Positions 53,672-63,571 are shown, counted from the stretch's first letter. The stretch is 64,000 nt of DNA from an uncultured virus (IMG/VR IMGVR_UViG_3300023274_000001) (IMGVR_UViG_3300023274_000001:124698-188697), one strand, 5' to 3'. A program made the numbers and translations. Notes: generated by a model not told the origin, from the sequence alone.

Positions 53672-53717
53672 ATCGGCCCAGGCCATCAAGATTCGCTGAT
53701 ATTCTCCCCGTTGGGGA

Positions 53718-54119
53718 ATGAGCCCTGACGGAGAGGATGAGATCGTGGGACGGATGGACGCGGCGGACCGCAAGGCGAACGCGGTGAAGGATCTGCTGTA
53801 CACCGAGGGAGTCCGCAACAACGAGCATGCCCACCTGGACGTGTACCCCTCTGCGGACCGCAAGACGGTCCTGGTCACGGTGCACCGGCACCACTACGAC
53901 TGCGAGGGCTGCCGCAGCAAGACGCTCGGCGCCAAGATCATGGAGGGACTGAAGCGCGGCATCGCACCGGCCTGCCCGCAGTGCCGGATCCACAACGAGT
54001 CGATGGAGTTCGAACAGCGGGCGCTCCACAAGCGGATCACCGCTGCGCTGCGCCGGGAGTTCACCATCACTGACGAGTACGCCGGTTCGGTGCTCGCATC
54101 CGTGGACATCGCCGTCTGA
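53718..54119 (+). CDS. Zn-binding protein (paralog of 54119-54502)
   Basis: H.C...CxxC...AL..R...L.RE. Confidence 0.7.
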   Translation: MSPDGEDEIVGRMDAADRKANAVKDLLYTEGVRNNEHAHLDVYPSADRKTVLVTVHRHHYDCEGCRSKTLGAKIMEGLKRGIAPACPQCRIHNESMEFEQRALHKRITAALRREFTITDEYAGSVLASVDIAV

Positions 54120-54502
54120 TGGCGGCCGACGGAGCGGCGAGCCTGCGGGCGGACCAGAAGAAGGCCGAGGAGCTGTGCATCCGGCTCGAACGCCTGCTGC
54201 GGGAGAGCGGCCTCTGCGATGACGAGGTGGTCGCCCCGATGTGCGTCGTCACGCACGACAACCGGGTGACGGTCAGCCTGGACATGCGTCCTCACGCCTG
54301 CGAGAAGGATCTGAAGAACCTCATGACCAGGCTGACCGGATCCCGGAAGCCGTGCACCCGGTGCCAGGTGAATTTCGAGGGGCAGCGCGAACGCATCGCC
54401 GCCCTGTATCCCCGGATGGTGGAGGTTCTGGGCCGCGAGGCGCAGATCATCTACCGCTACCCCCGGGACGCCTACCCCTTCAGGGTCATGCTCGCCACCT
54501 GA
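54119..54502 (+). CDS. Zn-binding protein (paralog of 53718-54119)
   Basis: Same motif. Confidence 0.7.
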   Translation: MAADGAASLRADQKKAEELCIRLERLLRESGLCDDEVVAPMCVVTHDNRVTVSLDMRPHACEKDLKNLMTRLTGSRKPCTRCQVNFEGQRERIAALYPRMVEVLGREAQIIYRYPRDAYPFRVMLAT

Positions 54503-54581
54503 ACTTGTTGCGATGGCAGCCAAGTTCAGGATAGGCTCCTCGTAGGAGGTGGGCACGGCCCACCAGTGGGAGGGAGAGACC

Positions 54582-54902
54582 ATGGTCATCCTGGTGTCGC
54601 CGGACTCGCGCGGCCGGATCAACCTGAACCGGGTGGTGCAGGACCGGCAGTACGCGGTGACGATCGACGGTGACGGCGTGATCACGCTGACCCCGTCGGT
54701 CGTGATCAGCGAGCGCGAGCTGATGGACCTGACCGCCGTGCGGCCGGTGCTGTCGCCGGAGGAGGCGTTCGGCCAGCGCGGTGCCGCCTCGGCGGCGCAG
54801 GCCGTGCAGGAGAACCGCAAGGCCCGCAGTGCGGGCGACTGGGGGCGCCGGATCTCCACCCCGGCGGACCTGAGTGCGCTGATCTGGGGGGATGCGGCAT
54901 GA
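54582..54902 (+). CDS. AbrB/MazE-like antitoxin
   Basis: DSRGRI.L....Y.V....DG.I.LTP; overlaps toxin start. Confidence 0.65.
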   Translation: MVILVSPDSRGRINLNRVVQDRQYAVTIDGDGVITLTPSVVISERELMDLTAVRPVLSPEEAFGQRGAASAAQAVQENRKARSAGDWGRRISTPADLSALIWGDAA

Positions 54903-55204
54903 AGTTCACCCTGGAGATCACCCCGGCTGCCGAGAAGGGGATCAAGAAGATCCGCAAATCCGGCGACCGGGGGAAGTTGAAGCAGGTCCAGTCGGCCCTG
55001 GAGAAGCTGGCCGACAATCCGGCCCATCCGGGTCTGAACACGCACCGGATGAAGCCGGAACCCCGCTTCGGCAACCGCGACGATCTGTGGATCTCGTACA
55101 TCCGCATCGGCCCCGGCGGCGAGCGCATCCTGTGGGCCTACGGCGAGCAGGCCGAAGAGGTCAAGGTCATCGAGGTCGAGTACATCGGCCGTCACATCGA
55201 CTGA
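54899..55204 (+). CDS. RelE/ParE-superfamily toxin
   Basis: L.IT..A...L..LA.NP.HPGL.TH...RI.W.Y...I.RH. Confidence 0.75.
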   Translation: MKFTLEITPAAEKGIKKIRKSGDRGKLKQVQSALEKLADNPAHPGLNTHRMKPEPRFGNRDDLWISYIRIGPGGERILWAYGEQAEEVKVIEVEYIGRHID

Positions 55205-55343
55205 CCGTCAGAAATCTCAACTCCCTTGTGGTAGAGTAGTTTTGAGGGGTTGGAGGAAAGCCCCGGGGTGATCTGCTCTCGCCAAAGATCTCGGTCCCCC
55301 GGGGCTTCTGCCCACCCGACACCTGATTCGGACGGAGAAGAGC

Positions 55344-56075
55344 TTGACCACGCTCAGCATCGACAACATGCCCGACGTCGTCCACGAGCCGTACGCCTTC
55401 CTGCTGGACAAGACGGGCGTCGAGCCCATCGTCGAGCGCAACGGCTACGGCAAGATCCTGCTCACCCACCTGGGCGAGCGGACGAAGATGACGATCAAGT
55501 TCCGCCTCGACGGCCGGAAGTGGCGCTGGGAGAAGTCCCACCTCTTCATCGACGGCGAGCAGCAGCCGCTGGCCAGCGGCTGGGAGATGTACGTCGCCAT
55601 CTTCAAGGACCCGGACAACGGGCGCCGCGACTTCACGCCGGAAGGCGCCCGCAAGGCGAAGATCCCGGCCTCGAAGGAGGTCGACGAGCAGTACCTGCCG
55701 AAGGCCGTCGCCGACGAGCTGACCAGCCTGCGGAAGATGGTCCGCAAGGCGGAGACCACGGTCACGGCGACGATCGTCTCCAGCGCCAACCAGTACCTGA
55801 TCACGCTGGTCGACGGCGAGACGGGGCAGAGCTTCGTCTTCACGTTCGGCTTCGAGACCGGATCCTGGCAGGTCATCGACATGCTACTGGTCAACGCCAG
55901 CGGCTACGACGTGACCCGGTACGTGGGCGAGCACCAGGTGGAGCAGTTCCTGCACGAGATCATGGGCATCGCGGGCCGGGCCTCCCAGGTCACCTACGAC
56001 CCGGGCGGTTCCGCCCAGCAGGCCGCGACCACGAACTCGGTCAACGTCCGTAAGTCCACCGTCTTCCGGATCTGA
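55344..56075 (+). CDS. hypothetical protein
   Basis: TTG start after gacggagaag. Confidence 0.7.
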   Translation: MTTLSIDNMPDVVHEPYAFLLDKTGVEPIVERNGYGKILLTHLGERTKMTIKFRLDGRKWRWEKSHLFIDGEQQPLASGWEMYVAIFKDPDNGRRDFTPEGARKAKIPASKEVDEQYLPKAVADELTSLRKMVRKAETTVTATIVSSANQYLITLVDGETGQSFVFTFGFETGSWQVIDMLLVNASGYDVTRYVGEHQVEQFLHEIMGIAGRASQVTYDPGGSAQQAATTNSVNVRKSTVFRI

Positions 56076-56083
56076 GGAAAGCC

Positions 56084-56296
56084 GTGCGCCGCACCGACGA
56101 GCCGGACCGGGGCGATCTCGCCCGTGCCTACCTGGCCAACGCGCGCAAGTGCGCCGACCTGGTGAACACGGTCGAAATGCCCCGGATCGGCGAGAACACG
56201 GATCCGGCCCGGGTTCGCGACATCGCCATCATGAACGCCCTGCTCGCCATCGCCGTGATGCAGGTACCGGACGAGCCCGGCACGCGGCTCGCCTGA
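56084..56296 (+). CDS. hypothetical protein
   Basis: ORF track. Confidence 0.6.
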   Translation: MRRTDEPDRGDLARAYLANARKCADLVNTVEMPRIGENTDPARVRDIAIMNALLAIAVMQVPDEPGTRLA

Positions 56297-56312
56297 CGGA
56301 GGGGAGAAGGAA

Positions 56313-56576
56313 GTGGCGAAGAGCGCCGCAACGGGGGACAGCCGGTCCGGACCGACGGAGCTGACCCGGGCCATGGGCCTACGGGTCCGCGCCCTGCGCG
56401 AAAAGGCCGGAATGACGCAGATCGAGCTGGCCAGTGCGGTCGGGTACCGCGACAGCACCTCGATCACGTTCATCGAGCAGGGCCGCAACAACATGAAGCC
56501 CGATGCGCTGGTGCTGCTGTGCACCGCGCTGGGTACGTCGCCGAACGAGCTGTTCGGCTGGGAGGAGAAGAAGTGA
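56313..56576 (+). CDS. XRE-family HTH regulator
   Basis: G.RVR.LR...GMTQ.ELA..VG...I..IE.G. Confidence 0.9.
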   Translation: MAKSAATGDSRSGPTELTRAMGLRVRALREKAGMTQIELASAVGYRDSTSITFIEQGRNNMKPDALVLLCTALGTSPNELFGWEEKK

Positions 56577-57025
56577 AGCGAGACGAGACCGCTCCGCGCC
56601 CGAAGACCGGCATCAGCCTTCTGGTGATCCGGCAGTTCGAGGGTCGGCTGCACGTGCTGCTCGGCCAGCGCCGTGGATCCCACGGTGAGGGCGAGTGGGG
56701 GACGCCGGGCGGCCACCAGGAGTTCGGCGAGACCTTCGAGGAGTCCGGCCTGAGCGAGCTGGAGGAGGAGTGCGGCGACGAGATCACCGTCACCCGCCCC
56801 CGGTTCCTCTGCGTCACGAACCTGCGCGGCTACCTGGACCAGGGCAAGCACTACACCGACATCGGCATGGTGTCGCACTGGGTCTCCGGCGACCCGAAGC
56901 TGATGGAGCCGGAGAAGTGCCTGGGCTGGACCTGGCACCCGATCGACAACCTGCCGACGCCGCTGTTCGAGCCGGTCGAGAACCTGGTCATCGCGTACCA
57001 CACCGGCCAGCCGTACTTCGGCTGA
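56573..57025 (+). CDS. Nudix hydrolase
   Basis: PGGH.EFGE..EE....EL.EECG; MEPEKC..W.W. Confidence 0.9.
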   Translation: MKRDETAPRPKTGISLLVIRQFEGRLHVLLGQRRGSHGEGEWGTPGGHQEFGETFEESGLSELEEECGDEITVTRPRFLCVTNLRGYLDQGKHYTDIGMVSHWVSGDPKLMEPEKCLGWTWHPIDNLPTPLFEPVENLVIAYHTGQPYFG

Positions 57026-57354
57026 TGAGCGACATCCTTGCCCGGCTCCGCACCGCGCGGAGCCGGGCCTGGGAAGAGGGCATCGAGCTGGACCGGGTCT
57101 GGCGGATCGCCCAGGTCGATCCGGGCTTCGAGGAGAAGCTGAAGGATCAGGAAGTCGTCGTGGAGCACGCGATGGACGAGCTGCGCGACGCGCTCACTCT
57201 GGACGGCGCGGCTCCCCGCCCCAGCCGAGCGGACGCCAGCGCCGACCTCATGAAGTGGGGGGTCGACGAGGGCCTGATCACCGTCGGGCAGTATGACGCC
57301 TGGCTGGCCAGCCCGTCGGAACCGCAAGGGGGCGACCCCTACCGTCGTTCTTGA
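57025..57354 (+). CDS. hypothetical protein
   Basis: TGATG overlap. Confidence 0.65.
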   Translation: MSDILARLRTARSRAWEEGIELDRVWRIAQVDPGFEEKLKDQEVVVEHAMDELRDALTLDGAAPRPSRADASADLMKWGVDEGLITVGQYDAWLASPSEPQGGDPYRRS

Positions 57355-57779
57355 ACCGCAGCGCCCTGCCTCCCTGGCGGGGCGTTCTGCGTCAGATCCT
57401 GGAGGAGATCATGGCGACATTCGAGCAGGCCCTGGACAAGGCGTTCGAGGTGACCTGGGAACACAGTGTGGCGGTTGAGGGGGCCCGCGCCAATCCGGAC
57501 ATCCCTGACCCGCAGGTTCACGAGGCGATGGTGCTGTCGGCAGAGGCGTCGTTCATCGGTGCGGTCGACACGCTGGGTTCGCTGCTGTACCTGGCGGGAC
57601 GGCTGCCCTCCTACGAGCTGTCGACGAGCGAGGGTGACGCCTGGATGCAGGACTCCACGCAGGCTCTCGCCCAGATGATGGAGTGGGCGCACGAAAACGG
57701 CCGGATCTCCGAAGCGGAGTACGCCGGATACCGAGCCGTCTACGGGCCCCGGAAACCGGCGATCACAGAATCGCCATGA
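57351..57779 (+). CDS. hypothetical protein
   Basis: ORF track. Confidence 0.6.
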   Translation: MNRSALPPWRGVLRQILEEIMATFEQALDKAFEVTWEHSVAVEGARANPDIPDPQVHEAMVLSAEASFIGAVDTLGSLLYLAGRLPSYELSTSEGDAWMQDSTQALAQMMEWAHENGRISEAEYAGYRAVYGPRKPAITESP

Positions 57780-57870
57780 TCGCTCGACACTGGCATATGC
57801 CAGAGTGAAGTTCTGGCCATAGGTCATCAACATCGTTGTGATAGACTCGTGTTCACGGAAGGGAGAAAAA

Positions 57871-58095
57871 GTGGACAAGCTGAACGCCGGACAGCAGGTG
57901 AAGGTTGTGGCCCTGGAGGCGGCCTCGCGCGTCGTCGCCGAGAACATGAAGTTCTTCGCCCGCACCAACAGCTATGCGAGCAGCGACAGGGAGGGTGCGT
58001 ACAACGCGACCCTGGCGGCGCAGGCGACCATCGGAATGGCGCGGCAGTTCGAGGAGTACCTGAACGAGCCGCAGGACGCGGCGGTGACGCGATGA
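57871..58095 (+). CDS. hypothetical protein
   Basis: acggaagggag RBS; TAGACT -10 upstream. Confidence 0.65.
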   Translation: MDKLNAGQQVKVVALEAASRVVAENMKFFARTNSYASSDREGAYNATLAAQATIGMARQFEEYLNEPQDAAVTR

Positions 58096-58454
58096 AGTTC
58101 GTCCACGCCCGCAGCGAGTCGATCGTGCGCCGGTACGTGAACCTCATCGACGGCCCGCAGATCCCGCACCCCGACAGCTCGGTGCGGGGCAAGAAGATCC
58201 TCCTGACCAAGGTGGAGATCAACTACGCCCTGATCTCCGGATCGTGGCATGTTGCCGGACCCGCATCGCCCTCCGTCTACGCCGAGGGCTGGGTCCTGAA
58301 GGGCGACGGCTCCCGTTCGCAGCGGCAGTGGAAGGGGCAGATCATGACGGCCCCGAGCCGTACCGAGAACGGCTGGCTGAAGAAGCTCATCGACGGCGCC
58401 CGGCCGACCGGGTCGCCCGAGCTTCCCTTCGACGTGACGGAGGTCGGACCGTGA
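58092..58454 (+). CDS. hypothetical protein
   Basis: ATGA overlap. Confidence 0.7.
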   Translation: MKFVHARSESIVRRYVNLIDGPQIPHPDSSVRGKKILLTKVEINYALISGSWHVAGPASPSVYAEGWVLKGDGSRSQRQWKGQIMTAPSRTENGWLKKLIDGARPTGSPELPFDVTEVGP

Positions 58455-58801
58455 ACTACACCGTGGCCCAGCGGGTCAAGGGGATCCTGGTCAGCAGCGG
58501 CCACAACGACAAGAAGCGGGCCGCTCCGGACATGCCGACGGCGGACGAGATGGATGCCGCCCGGCGGGCCTATGACGAGCTGGGCCGGACCGGTGTCCTG
58601 AAGATGAAGATCAGCTCCGGGGACTACTTCACCTCGGATCCTGACGGCGACGGGGCCCTCGTCAAGTATCACGGCTCGGTGCACCGCGAGGAGGAACGGC
58701 TTCGGCTGTACCAGCTCGCGGTGGAGAACTGCTCCTTCCGGGTTTTCGAAGAAGTCGATCCCGACCGTCCCGGCCGAAAGCTGCTGAGGGTGGAACGCTG
58801 A
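58451..58801 (+). CDS. hypothetical protein
   Basis: GTGA overlap. Confidence 0.65.
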   Translation: MNYTVAQRVKGILVSSGHNDKKRAAPDMPTADEMDAARRAYDELGRTGVLKMKISSGDYFTSDPDGDGALVKYHGSVHREEERLRLYQLAVENCSFRVFEEVDPDRPGRKLLRVER

Positions 58802-59316
58802 TGTACGAGAAGCCCGAGCCCGTGGCGTACATCGTCCTCGGTTCCTACGTGCACCCTCAGTGCGCCCGTGGCGTGACCCTGCGACAGCAGCCGGTCTACG
58901 CCAACGAGCTTCCGCCGATCGTCTGGTGCCGTGGCTGTGAGGACCAGATCCTTCCGGCGCCCTGCGTGTTCTGCGAGATCATCGCGAAGCGCGAACCGGT
59001 CGAGTGGATCCTGGAGCCCGACACCTGGCATGACGCGGTCGCCTTCGTCCCGCTGAACCCGGTGACGGAGGGGCACTGTCTGATCGTCCCGAAGCGGCAC
59101 GTGAAGGACTTCGCGGCCGACCCGGAGACGTTCGCCGACACGGCCCGGCGCGCGGCCGAGCTGATGCAGTGGACCGACCGGCCGATGAACGTGATCACGT
59201 CGAAGGGCAAGGCGGCTACGCAGAGCGTCTTTCACCTGCATCTCCACCTGGTTCCGCGTGAGGAGAACGACGGCCTGGCGCTCCCCTGGTACAGCGGAAA
59301 GAAGGCGAAGAAGTGA
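58801..59316 (+). CDS. HIT-family hydrolase with N-terminal Zn-binding extension
   Basis: CVFC; PLNPV..GH.L.VPK.H; QSVFHLHLHLVPR. Confidence 0.9.
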   Translation: MYEKPEPVAYIVLGSYVHPQCARGVTLRQQPVYANELPPIVWCRGCEDQILPAPCVFCEIIAKREPVEWILEPDTWHDAVAFVPLNPVTEGHCLIVPKRHVKDFAADPETFADTARRAAELMQWTDRPMNVITSKGKAATQSVFHLHLHLVPREENDGLALPWYSGKKAKK

Positions 59317-59636
59317 AGAGCAGGCAGGACGAAGTCGCCTACCGGATCCGCGCCGAGCTGGTCTGCTGCCACGTGTACGACGACATCCAGAAGGAGGCGG
59401 TACGCCTGGAGGCGCAGGGCGTACCCGGCCCGCACCAAGCCGCCATCGGGCGTGCGGTGATCCGGGGCGACTGGCACGACCTGTGCTACTGGGCCGAGGC
59501 TGCTGCCCAGATCGCCGAAGGCCGGTGTCCCGGCTACGAGGCGGACCCGAACATCTGCCGCTGCGGCTGCGAGGGCTGCAAGCACAACTGCTCGGCCCAC
59601 ACGGGCTGGATTCCTCCGGAGGATTTCGATGGCTGA
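59313..59636 (+). CDS. Cys-rich hypothetical protein
   Basis: RIRAELVCC...H.LCYW; CRCGCEGCKHNC. Confidence 0.65.
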   Translation: MKSRQDEVAYRIRAELVCCHVYDDIQKEAVRLEAQGVPGPHQAAIGRAVIRGDWHDLCYWAEAAAQIAEGRCPGYEADPNICRCGCEGCKHNCSAHTGWIPPEDFDG

Positions 59637-60006
59637 AGCCGAGGGCACGGGCCGGTTCCCGATGCCGACCGTTCGCTGGATCACCGCGCAGCTCCCGAAG
59701 GAGCTGTACCCGCTGTTCGGATTCCGTGGCGAGACCGTTCCCGAGACGGCCCGCGACGTTGTCGAGTACCTGTACGTCCTGAAGTACCCGGACGACACCG
59801 ACTACCGGATGCCGATCCTGGCGCACTACGTGCCCGAAGAGGACCCGGCCGTGGCCTTCATCATCGACGACGAGATCATGCTGGACGACGTCCGGCTCGT
59901 CGTGAAGGAGTACACCTCCCGAGAAGTGAAGCCCGGCGGCGACGACCCGGGATACACCTACCACCAGGTCACCGTGGCACTGCCCGAGGAGGACGGAGAT
60001 GGCTGA
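59629..60006 (+). CDS. hypothetical protein
   Basis: ORF track. Confidence 0.65.
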   Translation: MAEAEGTGRFPMPTVRWITAQLPKELYPLFGFRGETVPETARDVVEYLYVLKYPDDTDYRMPILAHYVPEEDPAVAFIIDDEIMLDDVRLVVKEYTSREVKPGGDDPGYTYHQVTVALPEEDGDG

Positions 60007-60535
60007 CCTCAGCAGGTACGAGGTAATCGCGGGCAGCGTCATCGTCTGCAACGACTGCCGCAACGGCGAGCACCGCGAGGTGGTGCACGCCTTCAAGGGC
60101 ACGTCGTTCTCGGCCGAGGAGATGCACACCGAGATCACGATGCACGAGTGGGACCGGCACGAGCCGGAGTTCGCCGACAACGCGGACGGCAACGGTCTCG
60201 CGGCGAAGCGCGCCTCCGAGGCGCTGGCCGAGCACGTGGAGAAGGTCGAGGACGACCTTCGCACGGACCGCTACTACGCCTGCTACCCGCCCGCCACGGC
60301 CTACCGCGACGGCATGGTCAACGGCATGGGCGGGGCGACCGGCGACATGGCCTCCCTGCTGGGGCCCGACGCGGTGCGTGCCATCGTCGGCGTTCTCGCC
60401 GAGGTCGCGGCGATGGACAAGAACTACGCCGAGCTGATCTCCGACCACAACCGCAAGACATGCGAGGACCACACCTGCTCGATCTTCGGGCACCTGGTGA
60501 ACCTCGCCCGAGCTGTCGACGCGCAGCTCACCTGA
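59999..60535 (+). CDS. hypothetical protein
   Basis: ORF track. Confidence 0.7.
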   Translation: MADLSRYEVIAGSVIVCNDCRNGEHREVVHAFKGTSFSAEEMHTEITMHEWDRHEPEFADNADGNGLAAKRASEALAEHVEKVEDDLRTDRYYACYPPATAYRDGMVNGMGGATGDMASLLGPDAVRAIVGVLAEVAAMDKNYAELISDHNRKTCEDHTCSIFGHLVNLARAVDAQLT

Positions 60536-60580
60536 AGGACCGGGCCGTCACCCCACAGGGCGGCCGGAAAGGAGAGGGTC

Positions 60581-61195
60581 ATGAGGTTCGCCAGAGAGCT
60601 GGAGGACATCGCGAAGGAAGGCCCCCAGTGGCAGGACCGGCCGGAGCGCGAGCGCGTCGGTCCGGAGCGCTGGGGCAAGAGCCACTGGGCGCTGCTCGGG
60701 TACGTGGACGAGCGCGTGGTGAACTGGCACGGACTGCTGAGCTGGGATCACATCCAGGTCTCCAGGAAGCACTGGCCGATGCTCTACGCGGCCCGCAAGA
60801 CGGTGCAGATTGGCTTCGGCCCGTCGAAGGACGGCGCCGAGTACGGACTGCGGCTGAAGCCCCCGGCGCACGGGGACCACGGGGCGATCCTCGCGGACCA
60901 CTGCGAGGTGGACGCGCTGATGGATCTGGTCGACGCTGGCTTGGTGACCGTGGACATGCCGAAGGTCAGCCAGACCGGCCAGTCCTACCTGCGCCCCGAC
61001 GGCCACGCGCTCAGTGACCCGAGTCCGCGTGATCTGCTGACCGGTCACGTCGAGTGGATGCTGATGCCGTGGGCGAAGTTCGGCCTGACCGAGCGGGGCT
61101 GGCAGGTGGCCGCAGCGCTGCGGCGCCACAAGGGCGCGGGCGGCGTGTTCGCCAGGTTCGAGATGCCGGAAATGGCGGAAGGTGCGGACGCGTGA
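60581..61195 (+). CDS. hypothetical phage protein (wHTH-like C-terminus)
   Basis: WGK.HW..L.Y...; L.DL..AGLV; LTE.GW. Confidence 0.7.
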   Translation: MRFARELEDIAKEGPQWQDRPERERVGPERWGKSHWALLGYVDERVVNWHGLLSWDHIQVSRKHWPMLYAARKTVQIGFGPSKDGAEYGLRLKPPAHGDHGAILADHCEVDALMDLVDAGLVTVDMPKVSQTGQSYLRPDGHALSDPSPRDLLTGHVEWMLMPWAKFGLTERGWQVAAALRRHKGAGGVFARFEMPEMAEGADA

Positions 61196-61312
61196 AGAAC
61201 CCGCTCCTTTCGTAGAGAGTGCAGGGCAGCATGTACGCCCGCCCGGCCAGCGACGAGAAGTGATCAGGGGCCGCCCGACGGGCGGCCCCTTCCGGAAAGA
61301 GAGAAGACCGAC

Positions 61313-61765
61313 GTGAGGATGAACGTGCAGAGCACGAACAACACGTATGCGATGAACGCGCTGCGGGTGTACGACGACGACCACAGTGCGGCGATCGTCC
61401 TGATGGCCTCCGACGGGGAGGCAGAGAAAGCGCTGGGCCGGGTCTTCGAGATCCACGAGGCGCCCCTGGCGGACCTGGAGACGGGAGTTCCGTGGGGTGC
61501 CGACGACGTCGGCGACTGCGAGATCCGCTCCGGCGGCGTACTCCTGACCGTCAAGGGGACCGGCGGCAGCTTCATGGGCCTGCGGTTCGAGGCCGAATGG
61601 AGCACGACGTCACCGGGCTGGCGCCGGGCGGCCCGCGACAGCGGCTACGTCTGGCTGGCCCTGCCGGGTCGCCCTGCGTACGACCAGATCGCCAGGGCGG
61701 TCGCCTCGGGATCCCAGGTGCAGCTTCCGGCCATGCCGGTACTGAAGCTGGAGGTGACCCGATGA
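61313..61765 (+). CDS. hypothetical protein
   Basis: ORF track; hairpin 61266-61293 upstream. Confidence 0.7.
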   Translation: MRMNVQSTNNTYAMNALRVYDDDHSAAIVLMASDGEAEKALGRVFEIHEAPLADLETGVPWGADDVGDCEIRSGGVLLTVKGTGGSFMGLRFEAEWSTTSPGWRRAARDSGYVWLALPGRPAYDQIARAVASGSQVQLPAMPVLKLEVTR

Positions 61766-61956
61766 GCCGCATCGACGACCCGGTGACGACCACGCTGCTC
61801 TGCGGCTGCCGGATCAAGCTGCGGGTCAAGCCCATGCGGCCGAACGCCAAGTACGGCTGCCGGTCGAATCAGGGCCACTCCTACAACCAGCTCTGGTTGA
61901 GCTACGAGGACAACGACCGGACCTTCATCAACCCGCTGGTCCCCGCATCAGTGTGA
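61762..61956 (+). CDS. small hypothetical protein
   Basis: ATGA overlap; CGC..C..H. Confidence 0.6.
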   Translation: MSRIDDPVTTTLLCGCRIKLRVKPMRPNAKYGCRSNQGHSYNQLWLSYEDNDRTFINPLVPASV

Positions 61957-62068
61957 CGACCGCCACGGCCGCAGTGTCCAATCCTGGACACTGCGGCCCT
62001 CTGGCCTCTGCGACGATTTCACCAGTGGCCGACATCAGAGAGCGGCCCGCCGGAAGGAGAAGGAAGAG

Positions 62069-62338
62069 ATGAGCGTTCCCGTGACGGCCATCGTCAACGC
62101 CGAGTTCGGTGACCCCGAGGAGGGCACCACGGCCACGGTCGACCGCCTCGTGATGGCGGCCTCGTACTGGAAGGTCAGCGACCCGGCCCTGCGCTCCCTG
62201 GTCCACCTCACGGCCCTGGCGTGCGCATCCGACAAGGTCGTCTCGATGACCCTGCCGACGGCCGATCTCGACGAACTGGTCCGCCGTGGCCTCATCCGGT
62301 GCGGCGCCGACCGCCCCGACACTGTGGTGCTGATCTGA
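62069..62338 (+). CDS. hypothetical protein
   Basis: Strong RBS. Confidence 0.65.
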   Translation: MSVPVTAIVNAEFGDPEEGTTATVDRLVMAASYWKVSDPALRSLVHLTALACASDKVVSMTLPTADLDELVRRGLIRCGADRPDTVVLI

Positions 62339-62595
62339 TGGCCCTCCAGCGCATCAGCAAGATCGTGCGAACGCCGGAGAACGAGGTGGTCTACGCCGTC
62401 GGCGACGAGGAGAACGGCACCGGGTTCCGGATGATCTGCTCCGGCTGCCCCGGCAAGGATGTCGAGTACAACAGCGCCGCAGCCGCCATCCTCGGCGTCT
62501 CGTACCATGCCGAGCTGGACCCGGACGAGCGCTTCGTTCCCACCACGAAGAACCCGCGCCCGGCACCCCGTGAGATCCCGGAGGATGAACTGTGA
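62338..62595 (+). CDS. hypothetical protein
   Basis: TGATG overlap. Confidence 0.65.
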   Translation: MALQRISKIVRTPENEVVYAVGDEENGTGFRMICSGCPGKDVEYNSAAAAILGVSYHAELDPDERFVPTTKNPRPAPREIPEDEL

Positions 62596-63350
62596 CCGAT
62601 GACACCGACTTCGACGGATGTCACCGGGAGTGCCGCGTCAAGGGCAAGCACTCCCGGGTGTGGGGCGGCTGCGAGTTCGGCATCAAGCCGGAGCCCACGG
62701 TGAGCATGTCGAAGGTTTACACGGCGGGCGACGGCTACCCCTCGATCGGGTACGACTCGTACACGGTCGACCAGCTCACCGACCTGATCGAGCCCGCCCT
62801 GAAGGGCCTCACGGTCCGCCTCGGCCCGAACTCGTCGGCCGCCGTCCAGCGCGGCGAGCCGTTCCGCCTCTCCGGCGGCGAGATGTGGGCCGTCGCCCGG
62901 CAGGCGGCGCACGCGATCGTCCATCGCAACAACCCGGACCGGCCACCCCTGGAGACTCCGTTCGTCACGCGCGTCATGGAGATTTTCTCCCTGTCGCACG
63001 CCGACAACTACGGCGATCTGTTCTGGCGGGTCGACGACGGTGAGCTGAAGCTGTACGCCAACGTCTCGGACGTCTTCGCCTGGGGCGGCAGCGACGTGGA
63101 GGAGATCACCCGGGAGACGCTGCCCGAGCTGGAGCAGGCGTACGCCGATCTGAAAGCCGTGGGGGCCGAGGAGTTCACGGCTGAGCTGTACGCGGCCAGG
63201 CTTCGCAAGATGCGCCCGCAAGGCGCCTACTACCCGACCGATGCGCACGAGTCCTGGCGGCGCATCTACGCCCTGTTCGACGCGTGCGGACCAGAGCGGG
63301 CTCTCGGTCCGGGCAACCCGAAGAAGCCGTCGCAGGCCAAGGGGGACTGA
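62592..63350 (+). CDS. hypothetical protein
   Basis: SDVFAWG..D.E.IT; LY.AR.R.MRPQGA.Y. Confidence 0.75.
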   Translation: MTDDTDFDGCHRECRVKGKHSRVWGGCEFGIKPEPTVSMSKVYTAGDGYPSIGYDSYTVDQLTDLIEPALKGLTVRLGPNSSAAVQRGEPFRLSGGEMWAVARQAAHAIVHRNNPDRPPLETPFVTRVMEIFSLSHADNYGDLFWRVDDGELKLYANVSDVFAWGGSDVEEITRETLPELEQAYADLKAVGAEEFTAELYAARLRKMRPQGAYYPTDAHESWRRIYALFDACGPERALGPGNPKKPSQAKGD

Positions 63351-63554
63351 GTGGAACGGGTCACACTGAACCTGGTTCCGCGCGCCTCCCGGGCCCTGGC
63401 CAAGGCGATGGAGCTGACCGAGGACAGCAAGACGGACTGCGTGAACAAGGCGTTGCCCGTCTACGCGTACATCGAGCAGGTGCTGGCCGACGGCGGCCAC
63501 ATCCTGGTGCAGGAAGGGCCGGACGCGAAGCCCGTTCGGCTCGTCATCTTCTGA
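63351..63554 (+). CDS. ribbon-helix-helix DNA-binding protein
   Basis: RVTLNL.P....AL......SKTD.VN.AL..Y. Confidence 0.7.
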   Translation: MERVTLNLVPRASRALAKAMELTEDSKTDCVNKALPVYAYIEQVLADGGHILVQEGPDAKPVRLVIF

Positions 63555-63571
63555 ACGGAAAGGAGAAGACC

